A stretch of 54,623 nt of DNA from a virus (lineage: Duplodnaviria > Caudoviricetes): positions 1-54,623 of the IMG/VR virus record IMGVR_UViG_3300037882_002110. The stretch is one strand, 5' to 3'. Below, in pieces: positions 36,004 through 45,855 of the stretch (position 1 is the stretch's first letter; every line of letters begins with the position of its first letter). The notes beneath the pieces are model-generated. The model did no database searches. It was not told the DNA's origin and was given only the letters and a program-made list of their open reading frames with translations. Position numbers and translations under genes: made by a program.

Positions 36004-36220
36004 CCGGAAACGCTCCTTTGCTAGCTTCTACCCTAATCTTCTCAAGAACTTCTTCCATAGACTCCACGGTCCGCTGGCCGTGCTTAAGTTCGTTTCGAGC
36101 CAAGCCGTAGATCTCATACACTACGTTGTGAAGAGTTTGGGCTTCCTTCTTGGCGTTCATTATGGCGTCGTATTCTGGCTGCTCATCGGGCAGGTTGAAT
36201 TCAATTATGGCTTTCGGCAT
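35996..36220 (-). CDS. Phage hypothetical protein
   Basis: MPKAIIEFNLPDEQ.EY start of a type frequent in phage small genes. Confidence 0.65.
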   Translation of the reverse strand: MPKAIIEFNLPDEQPEYDAIMNAKKEAQTLHNVVYEIYGLARNELKHGQRTVESMEEVLEKIRVEASKGAFPDE

Positions 36221-36467
36221 TGCTTGGTTTCCAGTCTGGATTAGGTTTGAACAGACCCGACACAGTCCTCGTTTCAAGTTTAACCTTCATAGCCTCGCTA
36301 CCTATGACTCTGATGTAGGAACCCTGTCCTCCGTCCAGGCTCAGGCCCCCACAAGCGCAGGTCTGGAAGTCGTGGCCATAAGAGCTGTACACAAAGTCAC
36401 TGCAAACGGGGCACGTCCCACCGGTCACAGTTCTCAGTTTCTGCTTTTCGGGCTGAGTTGAACTCAT
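36201..36467 (-). CDS. Small Zn-binding protein
   Basis: CPVC..S..HDFQTCACG..LDGG..Y.R. Confidence 0.7.
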   Translation of the reverse strand: MSSTQPEKQKLRTVTGGTCPVCSDFVYSSYGHDFQTCACGGLSLDGGQGSYIRVIGSEAMKVKLETRTVSGLFKPNPDWKPSNAESHN

Positions 36468-36685
36468 GGCTTCCTCTCGTTCATCTCGATGAGATGACCC
36501 CATCTGACCTCTCGTACGGGAACGCGAACAGCATTGCCAGAAACATCCTCCAGGGTGACGGTTTTGGCGGAGGGGTCGAAGGAAGCGATAGTCCCGAACA
36601 CCCTAGGCTGGCTCTGTGGGACCCAGGTTACCTTCTCACCAAGTTCGGCCACAGTAAGGGTTTTGGACTCGATCATGAGATTCAT
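36464..36685 (-). CDS. Small SH3/Sm-like hypothetical protein
   Basis: GGAG RBS; TG-TATAAG -10-like element upstream. Confidence 0.6.
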   Translation of the reverse strand: MNLMIESKTLTVAELGEKVTWVPQSQPRVFGTIASFDPSAKTVTLEDVSGNAVRVPVREVRWGHLIEMNERKP

Positions 36686-36740
36686 GGGGTCTCCAGTTTA
36701 GACATGGGGTTGGTGTACACCTCCACCTTATACCATTGGG

Positions 36741-37802
36741 TCAGTCCGCGTCCATAAGCTCCTTCGAAACTTCCTCAAAGTCTGAAAGTAGTTCCGGGTG
36801 GTTCTGACTCAGGAACTCGCGGAGAGACTCCCTTGGGGAAGAGGCATCGGAAGGCGTGTGGTCGGAATGGTCTTCGGAGAGCCTGGAAACCACGTGGACG
36901 TGCCAAAAGGGTCCGAGCACCTTGGCCATGTCGTCTGGAAGCTCCGGGGCTCTCAGGGACACTATGACTTCGTCTGGCTTGAAGAATTTCAGAGTGTCCA
37001 GATGTTCCGGAGTCATCTTCAGGTAGTGGCGCGACTTGTGATTCCTGACTCGACGAACAGTGTACCCATCTGGGTGGTTCTCGTCGAAATCGAACAGCAG
37101 AACCCCACCGGCCCCGGACAGGTCCATACGATTGAATCTGTTCTGCACCAGAGACCCCGGATAGTGAACATCTCCAACGGATTGGGCCAGATGTTGGTCT
37201 CCAGCGATGATAGGACAAGGCCAGGGCGAGGAAGGGACGGCGGATTTGGACGAAATCCCGGTCTCGTAGAGAGCCCCCTGGAACTCGAAATGGGTCACCA
37301 GAACGGCATGGGTCTCAGACATCCTCCGAAGGCTGTCGAAGAAAGCTTCAGGGTCCTTGCAGTAGGGAACGACCCCCAAGGGTCCGCCTTTCAAGGGAAT
37401 GGTCTTCTCGACCGCGAGAAGAATGGGGTGTCCGTGGGGGGTGTGACTCAAACTTGGGCAAAGGGCAGACAGCAAGTGAATCCCAAGGTCATCGTTGAAG
37501 GTGTCGTGGTTCCCCGGGAGCAGGTAGAAATGGGCTCCGACCGTGGCGCAGGCTGAAGAGATGGTAGACAAACCCAGCGATGCCGCATGCAGGACCGTGG
37601 TGGTCACGGAATCTGGGTGGTGGAAGAGGTCTCCGAGGAAGAAGACTGCTTCCGGCTTATGGAGACGGATCTGTTCGGCGACGAATTCAAATCCAAGGAG
37701 GGTGTTCTCAAGCTCCATGGAGAGCCCCCGGGACCCTGGCAGATTAAACGGCGGAAAGGAGGACCGGTCACGGAGATGAACATCGGCAAAGGCCAGAATC
37801 AT
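36741..37802 (-). CDS. sbcD: Mre11/SbcD/T4 gp47-like metallophosphoesterase nuclease
   Basis: ADVH, LGDLFH, PGNHD, VTH, GDQH, YPGS. Confidence 0.88.
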   Translation of the reverse strand: MILAFADVHLRDRSSFPPFNLPGSRGLSMELENTLLGFEFVAEQIRLHKPEAVFFLGDLFHHPDSVTTTVLHAASLGLSTISSACATVGAHFYLLPGNHDTFNDDLGIHLLSALCPSLSHTPHGHPILLAVEKTIPLKGGPLGVVPYCKDPEAFFDSLRRMSETHAVLVTHFEFQGALYETGISSKSAVPSSPWPCPIIAGDQHLAQSVGDVHYPGSLVQNRFNRMDLSGAGGVLLFDFDENHPDGYTVRRVRNHKSRHYLKMTPEHLDTLKFFKPDEVIVSLRAPELPDDMAKVLGPFWHVHVVSRLSEDHSDHTPSDASSPRESLREFLSQNHPELLSDFEEVSKELMDAD

Positions 37803-38232
37803 TGGTGTGGGGCTCCAGGAGTTAGGGTCATCCTGAAGAGAACGGAGGCCAGCTCGGGGAGACCTCTTTGAGATTCTCATCACAGATATAATATGCTCCC
37901 CTCGAAGGGGCTCCGTTCTCCTCTCTCGCTGGCTACTTATGATTTGCTGCCTGCTCGCCTATGCCGTGGGGTCTCCCCTGGATGGACGGAAGAAATCTCC
38001 CCTACTCCTTGGGCTTCACGGCCTTTGTCATGAGTGGGTCTGGGGTGATTTCCTCCTCTCCCAAACCAACCTGTCCAGGGGTCCAAGGCCGCAGAAGCGA
38101 AGGCAGAGCCGCAGCGGCGGCCCCGGGGAAAGATCGACCAAACACTCGAAAGGACAGAAACCCAACCCGAAACCCAGAAGGAACCCAGGAAGCCAATTCT
38201 ACGACTAACCTAAACTACACTTGAGGACCTCA

Positions 38233-38916
38233 ATGAAACTCATCCCCCCGCTCATCCTGCAGTCTCTCTCTGGAAAGAACTGGCTGTATATCGATTCTCT
38301 CAGAAGCCCCTCGTCGGGCTACACGACCTGTCTGCTGGCCATTTGGACCGGGGGTGGTCACGGTGAGCCTGCTTTGAATCGCATGTTTGAGACTGGCACG
38401 TCCTGTTATCCAGAAGCCTGTTGGACTGCAGCCGTAGCGGGTCTTAGATGTGTAGCGGACATGGGGATAAAGTCGGTCAACGTGATGTCTTCGAGTCCCT
38501 TCATGGTGGATTCCATCGCCAGAATGACTCCGTCCGGCTGGAGACAAAGCAAAGACTTCTTCAACATGGCCCTTGAACACAAAATATGGATGATCGGTCT
38601 TCTGGCCACCAGAGATATGATACTGGAGGGTCGAGCGGAAATGTCCGGCGGTCAGGTCATCATAAAGAAGGCGGTTGAGATTGAAGAGGCAAGAGGGGGC
38701 CTCTCCAGAATGTCTTCCAGGAAACTCCGTGGGCTCGCCGACACAGGTTCTAAGGAAGCTCTCCTAGAAATTCAACATAGGGTGTCGCAAAGCATCGACA
38801 TAGCCTCCATGGCTAGAAATGTTGAGTGTCTCCGTAAGCATGGTCTTGGGTCAAAACCTATTGCGATCCCCAAATCCGAATCATCGACGGGGGCCGAGAG
38901 TGAAAGATTCTTTTGA
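38233..38916 (+). CDS. Degenerate RNase H-fold protein
   Basis: WLYIDS..AAVAGL...GIKSVNVMSSS..V echoes RNase HI; catalytic set incomplete. Confidence 0.5.
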   Translation: MKLIPPLILQSLSGKNWLYIDSLRSPSSGYTTCLLAIWTGGGHGEPALNRMFETGTSCYPEACWTAAVAGLRCVADMGIKSVNVMSSSPFMVDSIARMTPSGWRQSKDFFNMALEHKIWMIGLLATRDMILEGRAEMSGGQVIIKKAVEIEEARGGLSRMSSRKLRGLADTGSKEALLEIQHRVSQSIDIASMARNVECLRKHGLGSKPIAIPKSESSTGAESERFF

Positions 38917-39145
38917 CGTCGAGGCCACCAGAGAGGAACTGTTCTACAAGGTCAAAGAAGTATCTGTCCACCTGATAGGTCCCTTTCAGAACCATGGTGT
39001 CGTTCTCTCCCCAGACGACCTTGAAAACTACAGGAACGCCGTGGAATTCAACCTGCTTGAAGAGTCCAAAAGGCTCGAACGGTCCAGGGTCGTGATGAAG
39101 AAGGCTATCAAATTCCTGGAACTATATTGTGTGGAGCCGAAATGA
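38900..39145 (+). CDS. Hypothetical protein
   Basis: Coupled ORF chain, GTG start. Confidence 0.5.
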   Translation: MKDSFDVEATREELFYKVKEVSVHLIGPFQNHGVVLSPDDLENYRNAVEFNLLEESKRLERSRVVMKKAIKFLELYCVEPK

Positions 39146-39402
39146 AGATATGGGTGGATTTCTACAAGCCAAGAGGCAAATGGTACACCGGGGGTGTGGT
39201 GGACCTCGGAGACGTGAAGCCCTACCAGGGTCGGGACCTGATGCTTGAAGCCGTCTGGAAGAACCAGGACCTACTCAAAGCGTCCACTGATCGGACCTAT
39301 TGGACGGTGGTCTCGGACGACCTTCGAAGCTTGGCCAGAGACCCAGAATACAAAGACTTTGCCAAGGCTGTTCTCCAGATTGGGGTGAATGGCGATGAGT
39401 GA
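39142..39402 (+). CDS. Hypothetical protein
   Basis: GGAG RBS; VDFYK..GKWY. Confidence 0.65.
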   Translation: MKIWVDFYKPRGKWYTGGVVDLGDVKPYQGRDLMLEAVWKNQDLLKASTDRTYWTVVSDDLRSLARDPEYKDFAKAVLQIGVNGDE

Positions 39403-39814
39403 GTCCAGACCCAAAGACAACACTGCTACCACGGCCTTCCGTCTCATGAGGACAGCCCTTCGGGATATAGCAGCGGTGGACCCAGCCGAAGAGAACCCCC
39501 GTATGTCTCGCATGGGTATGTTCAGGCTAGCAAATTCGGTCATGGACCAAGTCGACAAACTCGAAGTCATAGGGAGACAGCAGACAGCCGACCCGTCTCT
39601 GTTTTACCACACAGATGCCAATCCTCCTGGGCCCAGCGGATGCCTGGAGCAGGTTAAAGCTGAGGACTTGATAGAATCCTTTTACGCGAGTTTCACCAGA
39701 GACATCCCCAGGGCTCTGATTCACAACTGGATGCAACAGTTTGTTTTTGTGGCCAGGATTCCGAAATCAGAGAGGCCCGAATACCACCCTGTTGGGGTGA
39801 ATGGTGACGAGTGA
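39380..39814 (+). repeat. 23-nt direct repeat (39380-39402, 39792-39814; 21/23 identical) at consecutive gene junctions
   Basis: TTGGGGTGAATGGYGAYGAGTGA; both genes end GVNGDE*. Confidence 0.85.
39389..39814 (+). CDS. Hypothetical protein
   Basis: ORF bounded by the 23-nt repeats. Confidence 0.6.
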   Translation: MAMSESRPKDNTATTAFRLMRTALRDIAAVDPAEENPRMSRMGMFRLANSVMDQVDKLEVIGRQQTADPSLFYHTDANPPGPSGCLEQVKAEDLIESFYASFTRDIPRALIHNWMQQFVFVARIPKSERPEYHPVGVNGDE

Positions 39815-39901
39815 AAGATGGGAACTCCTTAAGGTTCTGTTGACCTTGTGTTTATACTTTGCGTTCGGGTATCTGGCTGGAAGGTCTAGCAGGAAGGCGA
39901 A

Positions 39902-40171
39902 ATGATAGATCATGGCGAATATCGGCATATTGCTACTCTAATGATCAAATCCATCAAGATGACTCTGAACGAGTCGGGTGTTAAGCATCGTTTGGTTCCT
40001 CTAGAACATCTCCTGGACGTGTTGAATGTTTTTGCTTCCGGGTGTCGCGCTGTACTGACCGAAGATGCTACCTCTATCTCCATACTAATCGAAGATTATC
40101 CCTCTACCGCTGGTGAAAGGTCTCCTAACGATGTGGATTCTAAGGTCGAACCCCATGCGGGGCAGAGCTGA
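39902..40171 (+). CDS. Hypothetical protein
   Basis: AGGAAGG RBS. Confidence 0.55.
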   Translation: MIDHGEYRHIATLMIKSIKMTLNESGVKHRLVPLEHLLDVLNVFASGCRAVLTEDATSISILIEDYPSTAGERSPNDVDSKVEPHAGQS

Positions 40172-40451
40172 AACTAAAATTGCAATAGCCGCTTCTGAAT
40201 CCAAAGAGAAGTTGGTAGCCTGGGTGGACTCCTTCAGGGTTCCGGATTACAAGGAAACGGACGAGTCTAATTTTCACTTCCCTGGTCAGTCTTACACATG
40301 GAACAAGTATTTCGCCAAAGATTCCCCTATGGAACCCTTTAACGTCCCTACGGACGAAGATTATATCGATATCGGGACCGAGCAGGACGCTGCTCGTGAA
40401 GCTGTTCTGCAGTATCGCAATTTCATAAAGTCTCTGGTCGAGGTGGACTGA
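40131..40451 (+). CDS. Hypothetical protein
   Basis: Coupled ORF chain. Confidence 0.6.
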   Translation: MWILRSNPMRGRAETKIAIAASESKEKLVAWVDSFRVPDYKETDESNFHFPGQSYTWNKYFAKDSPMEPFNVPTDEDYIDIGTEQDAAREAVLQYRNFIKSLVEVD

Positions 40452-40909
40452 TGAGAAGTCTCGAAGAGATAGTCCAAAAGGTTCGAGAAGCAGGAAACCG
40501 GTTTCTCATCTTCACACCCGAAGTCCTGGTTCCACATCTGCCATTTGCTATGGCCCAGGAGTTCCTGAAACCCGAGGTCGACCCCAAGGACTGGAGCCCC
40601 ATGGACCTGACCAGGGAAGCCGTCCTGGCGGAGATGAAAAGGTATATGGAGTTTGCCTGGAGCAAGGTGGAAGGTCATAGGGGTCTTTCAGCAAGCAGGT
40701 CTGTCTCCAAGATGAGATACTGGGTTTGGCTCCTTGGGGACGACGAGATACTGGAGAGATTCCAGAGCACCTCATATTCACCCTATGGTGCGCCTCAACT
40801 CAAACTGGTGTCGGAAATTTACGGGTTCCCCATCCCGTATGGCCCGGGACTCCTTCGGATGACAGAGGGACAACCCTGCTCTCCAGATTGTGATGGGTGC
40901 ACGTCGTGA
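40451..40909 (+). CDS. Conserved-looking phage hypothetical protein
   Basis: YMEFAWSK..HRGLSASRS..WVWLLGD..YGAP.L. Confidence 0.75.
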   Translation: MRSLEEIVQKVREAGNRFLIFTPEVLVPHLPFAMAQEFLKPEVDPKDWSPMDLTREAVLAEMKRYMEFAWSKVEGHRGLSASRSVSKMRYWVWLLGDDEILERFQSTSYSPYGAPQLKLVSEIYGFPIPYGPGLLRMTEGQPCSPDCDGCTS

Positions 40910-41127
40910 CTGTGTCTCAAGCTGTCAAACGTTTACGGAAATATCTGAAGGCTAGCTCTAAGGAATATGTTTTGGACGGTAGACGGATGGTTCTGGTTCG
41001 CTGCAAAGACCTCAAGGTCCTCTTAGACCAGTTTGCGGAACCGGACCCAGAAGAAATACAGCGGGACATGAGAACTCGTCATGCCAGATACTTGTTGAGT
41101 GGAAAGAAGGCGTGGGGTCCATGGTGA
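40906..41127 (+). CDS. Hypothetical protein
   Basis: GTGA overlap. Confidence 0.5.
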   Translation: MTVSQAVKRLRKYLKASSKEYVLDGRRMVLVRCKDLKVLLDQFAEPDPEEIQRDMRTRHARYLLSGKKAWGPW

Positions 41128-41504
41128 ACAAAAAAGTGAGTCCTCATACTACTCGTGAACAGCGTGATGGCCTAGTGGCTGACAAGATGAACAAGCAGAA
41201 GTTCACCCTTAAGAAATTAGCGGAAGACGCCAATGCGTTCGAAGATAAGTCACTTAGCTTGCAAAAAGAGTTGGACGAGGCCCGTCGTCCTCGTGTCTCC
41301 AACCCCAATGTGACGTGCATAGACAAGCGGATTCTTGAAAGAATGCAGGAACGCCTAGATTCTATGGAACAGGTTGTGTCTGCAGCCTTCGGAGAACTCC
41401 ATTTTGGCCCTGCCGCCAGAATTGACCACCCAGTGTTGCGAAAAGCGCTTGAGAGACACAAAGCTCGTATAGGACCACAGGATGACAACATTGATGGCAC
41501 GTGA
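41121..41504 (+). CDS. Hypothetical coiled-coil protein
   Basis: Coupled ORF chain. Confidence 0.55.
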   Translation: MVNKKVSPHTTREQRDGLVADKMNKQKFTLKKLAEDANAFEDKSLSLQKELDEARRPRVSNPNVTCIDKRILERMQERLDSMEQVVSAAFGELHFGPAARIDHPVLRKALERHKARIGPQDDNIDGT

Positions 41505-41676
41505 ACTTGAAGAGGCCCGGGAGCGCGTTAAGCTGGCAGAAAATGCCATAATTGATGCGCGTAAAGAGCTTCAGGATTACATAGACGACCCCCGCGAGGT
41601 CACCATAAACGACCAGTCGGTGAACGCCGCAAAAGATGAACTTGATCGTTACATCAAACGTTTTGGGGTGTTGTGA
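41482..41676 (+). CDS. Hypothetical protein
   Basis: Coupled ORF chain. Confidence 0.5.
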   Translation: MTTLMARELEEARERVKLAENAIIDARKELQDYIDDPREVTINDQSVNAAKDELDRYIKRFGVL

Positions 41677-42143
41677 TGACTAACATAAACAAAGCCGTAG
41701 AACGACTACGTGCTTTTTCTGTTTTACTTGGGCAGGACGAGTCTTGGCAAATGGAAGAGGGGGCAGGTTCTAAATATGCCGCCAGAGACGAATACCGAGA
41801 GAATCTCCATTCACATGCTAGACAGTCACACGAAGATATCCGTTCTGTTCTGGACCTCCTGACATCCACCCAACAAGAGCTTGAGAAGAGAAACGAAGCC
41901 TTCCGCATCGTTTCGTTGAACTACAAGAAGGCCCTCGCTGAACGCGACGCTTTTGCCGCTCAAGCAGACATTAATAAACTAGAGGTGGAACTGAAGGCAG
42001 ACGCCATTGAAACGTTCGTGAGCCAGCGGGACGCCTTGAGCCGAAAACTGGAAGTATCCGAACGTGAAAACGCGGAATGGCGTAAGGGTGTCACCCCGGC
42101 AATGACGTCTGCCATGAGCTTTCGGCAAACGACGGAGCAATGA
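41673..42143 (+). CDS. Hypothetical coiled-coil protein
   Basis: Heptad-rich; coupled. Confidence 0.6.
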   Translation: MMTNINKAVERLRAFSVLLGQDESWQMEEGAGSKYAARDEYRENLHSHARQSHEDIRSVLDLLTSTQQELEKRNEAFRIVSLNYKKALAERDAFAAQADINKLEVELKADAIETFVSQRDALSRKLEVSERENAEWRKGVTPAMTSAMSFRQTTEQ

Positions 42144-42377
42144 GAGCGTTGGCACAAGCGGTTACTGGAGCACTTTGGGGGTCGCAATGACAAAACCTGA
42201 ATTGGCGGGAATTGTTATATTGGTGCTGCTCGTGTTCTGGAACTAGGGGGTTCTGATGGTTAGGCGTGGAAGCGTAGCGTATCGACGCAGTGATGAGTTT
42301 ACAGTTTTGGAGGGTAGGTATGGGCCAAACCCTGATAGATTTGAAAAGCGTCGTCGTAAACGTGGTGCCAGAAGCAG

Positions 42378-42767
42378 GTGGTCAGAATGGAAGTGATGTA
42401 CATGCAGGACAGAATCGACACCCTCGAAGCCGAACGTGCATGTGAAGAGACTGCCAAGTCCGACCGTATGTTGATAGTGGCGAACGAACAGGCCATTAAA
42501 TACATGAAGGAACGTGACAAGCTGCGCGAACAAGTGAAGGACCTTGAAGCAAAGGCGCTCTTGGAGAAGGGTGTAAAAAAATTGATGCGTGAGGAGCTGG
42601 AAGCGGCACGGAGAATATACACCTCAGCCGTCAAACTTTGCGATTGGACTCACCAGATGAACGAGTCTACCGAATGCTTTGTCGGCACTGAGCTTATCGA
42701 CGTTATGACTGACACCATTGGTCTGACCTGTGCAGACTATAAGCGACGCTTCGGAGACCGCAAATGA
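42378..42767 (+). CDS. Hypothetical coiled-coil protein
   Basis: Heptad-rich; start uncertain. Confidence 0.55.
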   Translation: MVRMEVMYMQDRIDTLEAERACEETAKSDRMLIVANEQAIKYMKERDKLREQVKDLEAKALLEKGVKKLMREELEAARRIYTSAVKLCDWTHQMNESTECFVGTELIDVMTDTIGLTCADYKRRFGDRK

Positions 42768-42978
42768 CAATCTTCATCCCAATGTGGGTTTTGTGGACGA
42801 TTGCGGGGGTGGTCGGCATACCGATTGTCCTATTGATTTTGTGGCTGGCGCTGTTGGGCGCGGCTCTCGTCCTGTCTTTAAAGGGTGGGTGGAGATAGTT
42901 TCTGGGGATGGCATGTCGTTTTCGCCTTGGGGTCTGGAAGAGACCGATTTCAACCTGTTGCGAGGATTTAAACCTTAG

Positions 42979-44286
42979 ATGTTTATGAATATAGTTCTGA
43001 TTGTGTCCGCTGTTCTCATCCTGATTGTGCTTCTGGTCCTGGCCATAAACATTCTGTCCTTGCGCAGGGTCGTCCCGGTCAACGAAGTCCATATCGTCCA
43101 GACCAACCGGTCCACGATCAGCTACGGCAACAATATGCCGTCTGGCAACACCTATTACAAGTGGCCAGCCTGGATTCCAATTTTGGGACGCTCCGCCACC
43201 ACTCTGCCGATCTCCATCTTCGACGTGGACCTCATCAATTATGAATCCTTCGACCAGGGTCGTTTGCCCTTTGAGGTCGACGTGAAGGCGTTTTTCAGGG
43301 TGTCCGACTCCAACATGGCGGCTAACCGGGTGGCGTCTTTCGAGGAGCTTAAGGACCAGCTCAACGCCGTTGTCCAGGGGGCAGTTCGGTCCATTCTGGC
43401 CAAGTCCGACATTGAAGAGATTCTGGAAGGCCGTTCCAAGTTCGGTGACGACTTCACTTCCGAGGTCAAGGCTCAGATCACCTCTTGGGGGGTGGAAGTC
43501 GTCAAGAATATCGAACTCATGGACATCAGGGATTCCAAGACTTCCAAGTCTATCTCCTTCATCATGGAGAAAAAGCGCTCTTTGATTGAAGCCGATTCCA
43601 GGACGGCTACTGCCGAGAATAACCGTCGGGCTACCACGGCTGAAATTGATGCTCGCCAGCAGATCGAACTTCGGAACCAAGAGTCTCACATGATAACGGG
43701 CCTTAAACAGGTCGAGGCCACGAACGCAGTCAAGATCTCCCAGGAAAAAGCCGAACAGGACCTAAAGGTCGAACAGAAGGTCACCACCGAGAAGGCTCTC
43801 GAAGTGGAGCAGGTCCAGAAGGTCAAGACGGCTGAGATTGAAAAGCAAGTCGAGATTGTCCGGGCCGAGCAGGACAAAGCCACCAAGCAGACCATTTCCG
43901 AAGGCATCCTGATTGAGAAGCAGAACGAGTCCAAGGGTGTGCAGGCCGAGGGTGAAGCTAAGGCAGAAGCTGAGAAGGCTATGCAGCTTGCCCCTGTCCA
44001 GGCTCAGATTACGCTAGCCAAGGAGATTGGTGAGAACAAGTCCTACCAAGAGTATCTGACCAAGATTCGTGAGGTCGAGGCCACTGAGAAGGTGGGCATG
44101 GAACAGGCCCGAGCCCTGGTCAAGGCTGAAGTCAAGATCATCTGTAATACTGGCACCGTCCAGGGTGGTTTGAACAAACTCGGAGACATCTTCTCGGCCA
44201 AAGGCGGGACGGAGGTCGGAGCTATGCTCGAAGCCCTGGCCAACACCCCAGTAGCTAAATCCCTTTTGGAGAAAGCCCAGTCGTGA
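42979..44286 (+). CDS. SPFH/flotillin family membrane protein
   Basis: N-terminal TM, RRVVPVNEVHIVQ, band-7 domain, AEA-rich coiled coil. Confidence 0.9.
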   Translation: MFMNIVLIVSAVLILIVLLVLAINILSLRRVVPVNEVHIVQTNRSTISYGNNMPSGNTYYKWPAWIPILGRSATTLPISIFDVDLINYESFDQGRLPFEVDVKAFFRVSDSNMAANRVASFEELKDQLNAVVQGAVRSILAKSDIEEILEGRSKFGDDFTSEVKAQITSWGVEVVKNIELMDIRDSKTSKSISFIMEKKRSLIEADSRTATAENNRRATTAEIDARQQIELRNQESHMITGLKQVEATNAVKISQEKAEQDLKVEQKVTTEKALEVEQVQKVKTAEIEKQVEIVRAEQDKATKQTISEGILIEKQNESKGVQAEGEAKAEAEKAMQLAPVQAQITLAKEIGENKSYQEYLTKIREVEATEKVGMEQARALVKAEVKIICNTGTVQGGLNKLGDIFSAKGGTEVGAMLEALANTPVAKSLLEKAQS

Positions 44287-44633
44287 AATTCGAAGAGGTC
44301 ATGCCATTCTTCAGGGACGGTCACGATATCTACCGAGAGGCATGGGTGTTCGAGCCCCCGGTCAGTATACCTCGTCTCGGACTGCGTCAGGTTTCCCACA
44401 GGGTCCTGACGCGTTCCTGCGCCATCATGCCGGATGACCTATTCAAAGAGGACTGGAGGTACCTCCCGAAGCCTACTGTGGTGGCTGATTTCTGGGTGTA
44501 TTCTCACACTGAGGACAGACTATACTCAAACGGCGGCTCGGATAAAGTGAAGGTGGCTGACCTGGAGACGCACCGGATGGGGTCCGAGCCCAAGGGTGCA
44601 GTATTAGTCCCTGGGACAGAGAGGACAGTTTAA
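44283..44633 (+). CDS. Hypothetical protein
   Basis: MKFEEV..G..IYREAW..DDLF.EDW pattern. Confidence 0.6.
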   Translation: MKFEEVMPFFRDGHDIYREAWVFEPPVSIPRLGLRQVSHRVLTRSCAIMPDDLFKEDWRYLPKPTVVADFWVYSHTEDRLYSNGGSDKVKVADLETHRMGSEPKGAVLVPGTERTV

Positions 44634-44830
44634 TGACGGTTGTCCCGGAAGTCGTTGCTATAGTTTTCATAGTGCTGAAGCTAACTGGGGTCGTGGACTG
44701 GTCCTGGTTAGCCGTTTTGTCTCCTTTGTTCGTTGCCGTTGGCCTACACATCTTGATTGTGGTTGGTGTGAAAGTTTGGGCCAGACTGAAATTTGGTTCT
44801 AAAGAGGACCGACGGAAAAGAGAGGCTTGA
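44633..44830 (+). CDS. Small two-TM membrane protein
   Basis: IVFIVLKLTGVVDWSWLAVLSPL, a common phage small membrane protein pattern. Confidence 0.75.
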   Translation: MTVVPEVVAIVFIVLKLTGVVDWSWLAVLSPLFVAVGLHILIVVGVKVWARLKFGSKEDRRKREA

Positions 44831-44831
44831 A

Positions 44832-45515
44832 ATGGTAGACGACCTGTTTCCTCATGTCACCAACGAACCTGTCGAGAGAAAGACTCCAAGGTCCGATACT
44901 TGGATCGTCAATGCTCTTCGCATCAACTCGGACGAAGATAACGCTAGGGCTGGTGAGCAGATTCTCAAGATAGCCCAGGACGCAGAAACCGAACTTTACG
45001 ACACTCGCAAGGAACTCGACCGTGTACGTGGGGAGCTTAAAAGGCGACGAGATTATGATGAGACACGAGAAATAGCGTTTCGAAGCCTGGAAAAATGTGT
45101 TTCTCAAGGTGCTGATGAGGTGGATAGATTAGAAAAGGAGCGCGACAGGTGGAAGAATGTTGCACAAAAGCCGGAAGAGCGCAATTTTGTAACTGGCGAT
45201 GATCCTGTGCAGGCGCTGATAGACCTAACGCAAACTTTTCAGGCATGTGGTCTTGACGCACCGACTTCCTTTTCGATGACACCACGAACTGTTAATTTAC
45301 TTCGCATTCTGCTTGCACGAGTTGACCGACTTGCGCCACCGCCGGGAACTGCTTCTCTTGGCATGCGGATCTGCGAAGGTGGGTGTGTAGTGGGTGTTCA
45401 TGAGTATTATGTTGAAGGTCGCGATGTTGTAGTTGACGATAGTGCTCCATCTCAGGCTCAAATATTTGCCGCCGGTATAATCAAAAGAGAGGTTTCCGGG
45501 GGTCACCATGAGTGA
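44832..45515 (+). CDS. Hypothetical protein
   Basis: GAGG RBS; coiled-coil N-half. Confidence 0.6.
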   Translation: MVDDLFPHVTNEPVERKTPRSDTWIVNALRINSDEDNARAGEQILKIAQDAETELYDTRKELDRVRGELKRRRDYDETREIAFRSLEKCVSQGADEVDRLEKERDRWKNVAQKPEERNFVTGDDPVQALIDLTQTFQACGLDAPTSFSMTPRTVNLLRILLARVDRLAPPPGTASLGMRICEGGCVVGVHEYYVEGRDVVVDDSAPSQAQIFAAGIIKREVSGGHHE

Positions 45516-45855
45516 TAAAGTTGGACATCACGTTTCTCTTGGCCGTTCTGAACAGGGTGGTGTGTCGTTCGTGGCCACTGAAGACCTCAATGCGTTAACG
45601 GACCAATGCAAAGCCGCACTCGCCAGAATAGCCGAGCTTGAGATTCAGTCGCGTTTGAACCTGAGGGACTGGCTCGAAAAAGCTGGGGCTTTGCGTGAAG
45701 GTGCGCGTATCGCCTGGGAGTCGGTTACGTGGACTGTTGAGAGACATTATGGCGGGCTACAAGGGCTATATCTTCTGAACGACGAAACGCGTGACCGTCT
45801 TGACCTTGGCACCTGCTCTTCTCTTCCCGCTCAGGGCTGGAGGGTGGTCAGTTGA
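45508..45855 (+). CDS. Hypothetical protein
   Basis: Coupled ORF chain. Confidence 0.55.
   Translation: MSDKVGHHVSLGRSEQGGVSFVATEDLNALTDQCKAALARIAELEIQSRLNLRDWLEKAGALREGARIAWESVTWTVERHYGGLQGLYLLNDETRDRLDLGTCSSLPAQGWRVVS

Noticed and set aside
13450-37802. DatZ (HD phosphohydrolase) or MazZ (MazG/DUF550) genes
   Set aside because: No ORF shows the HD or MazG-type motifs by eye; the metallophosphoesterase is better explained as the Mre11/SbcD partner
37939-38224. Short ORFs in the divergent intergenic region
   Set aside because: Low-complexity translations, no clear RBS, mutually overlapping
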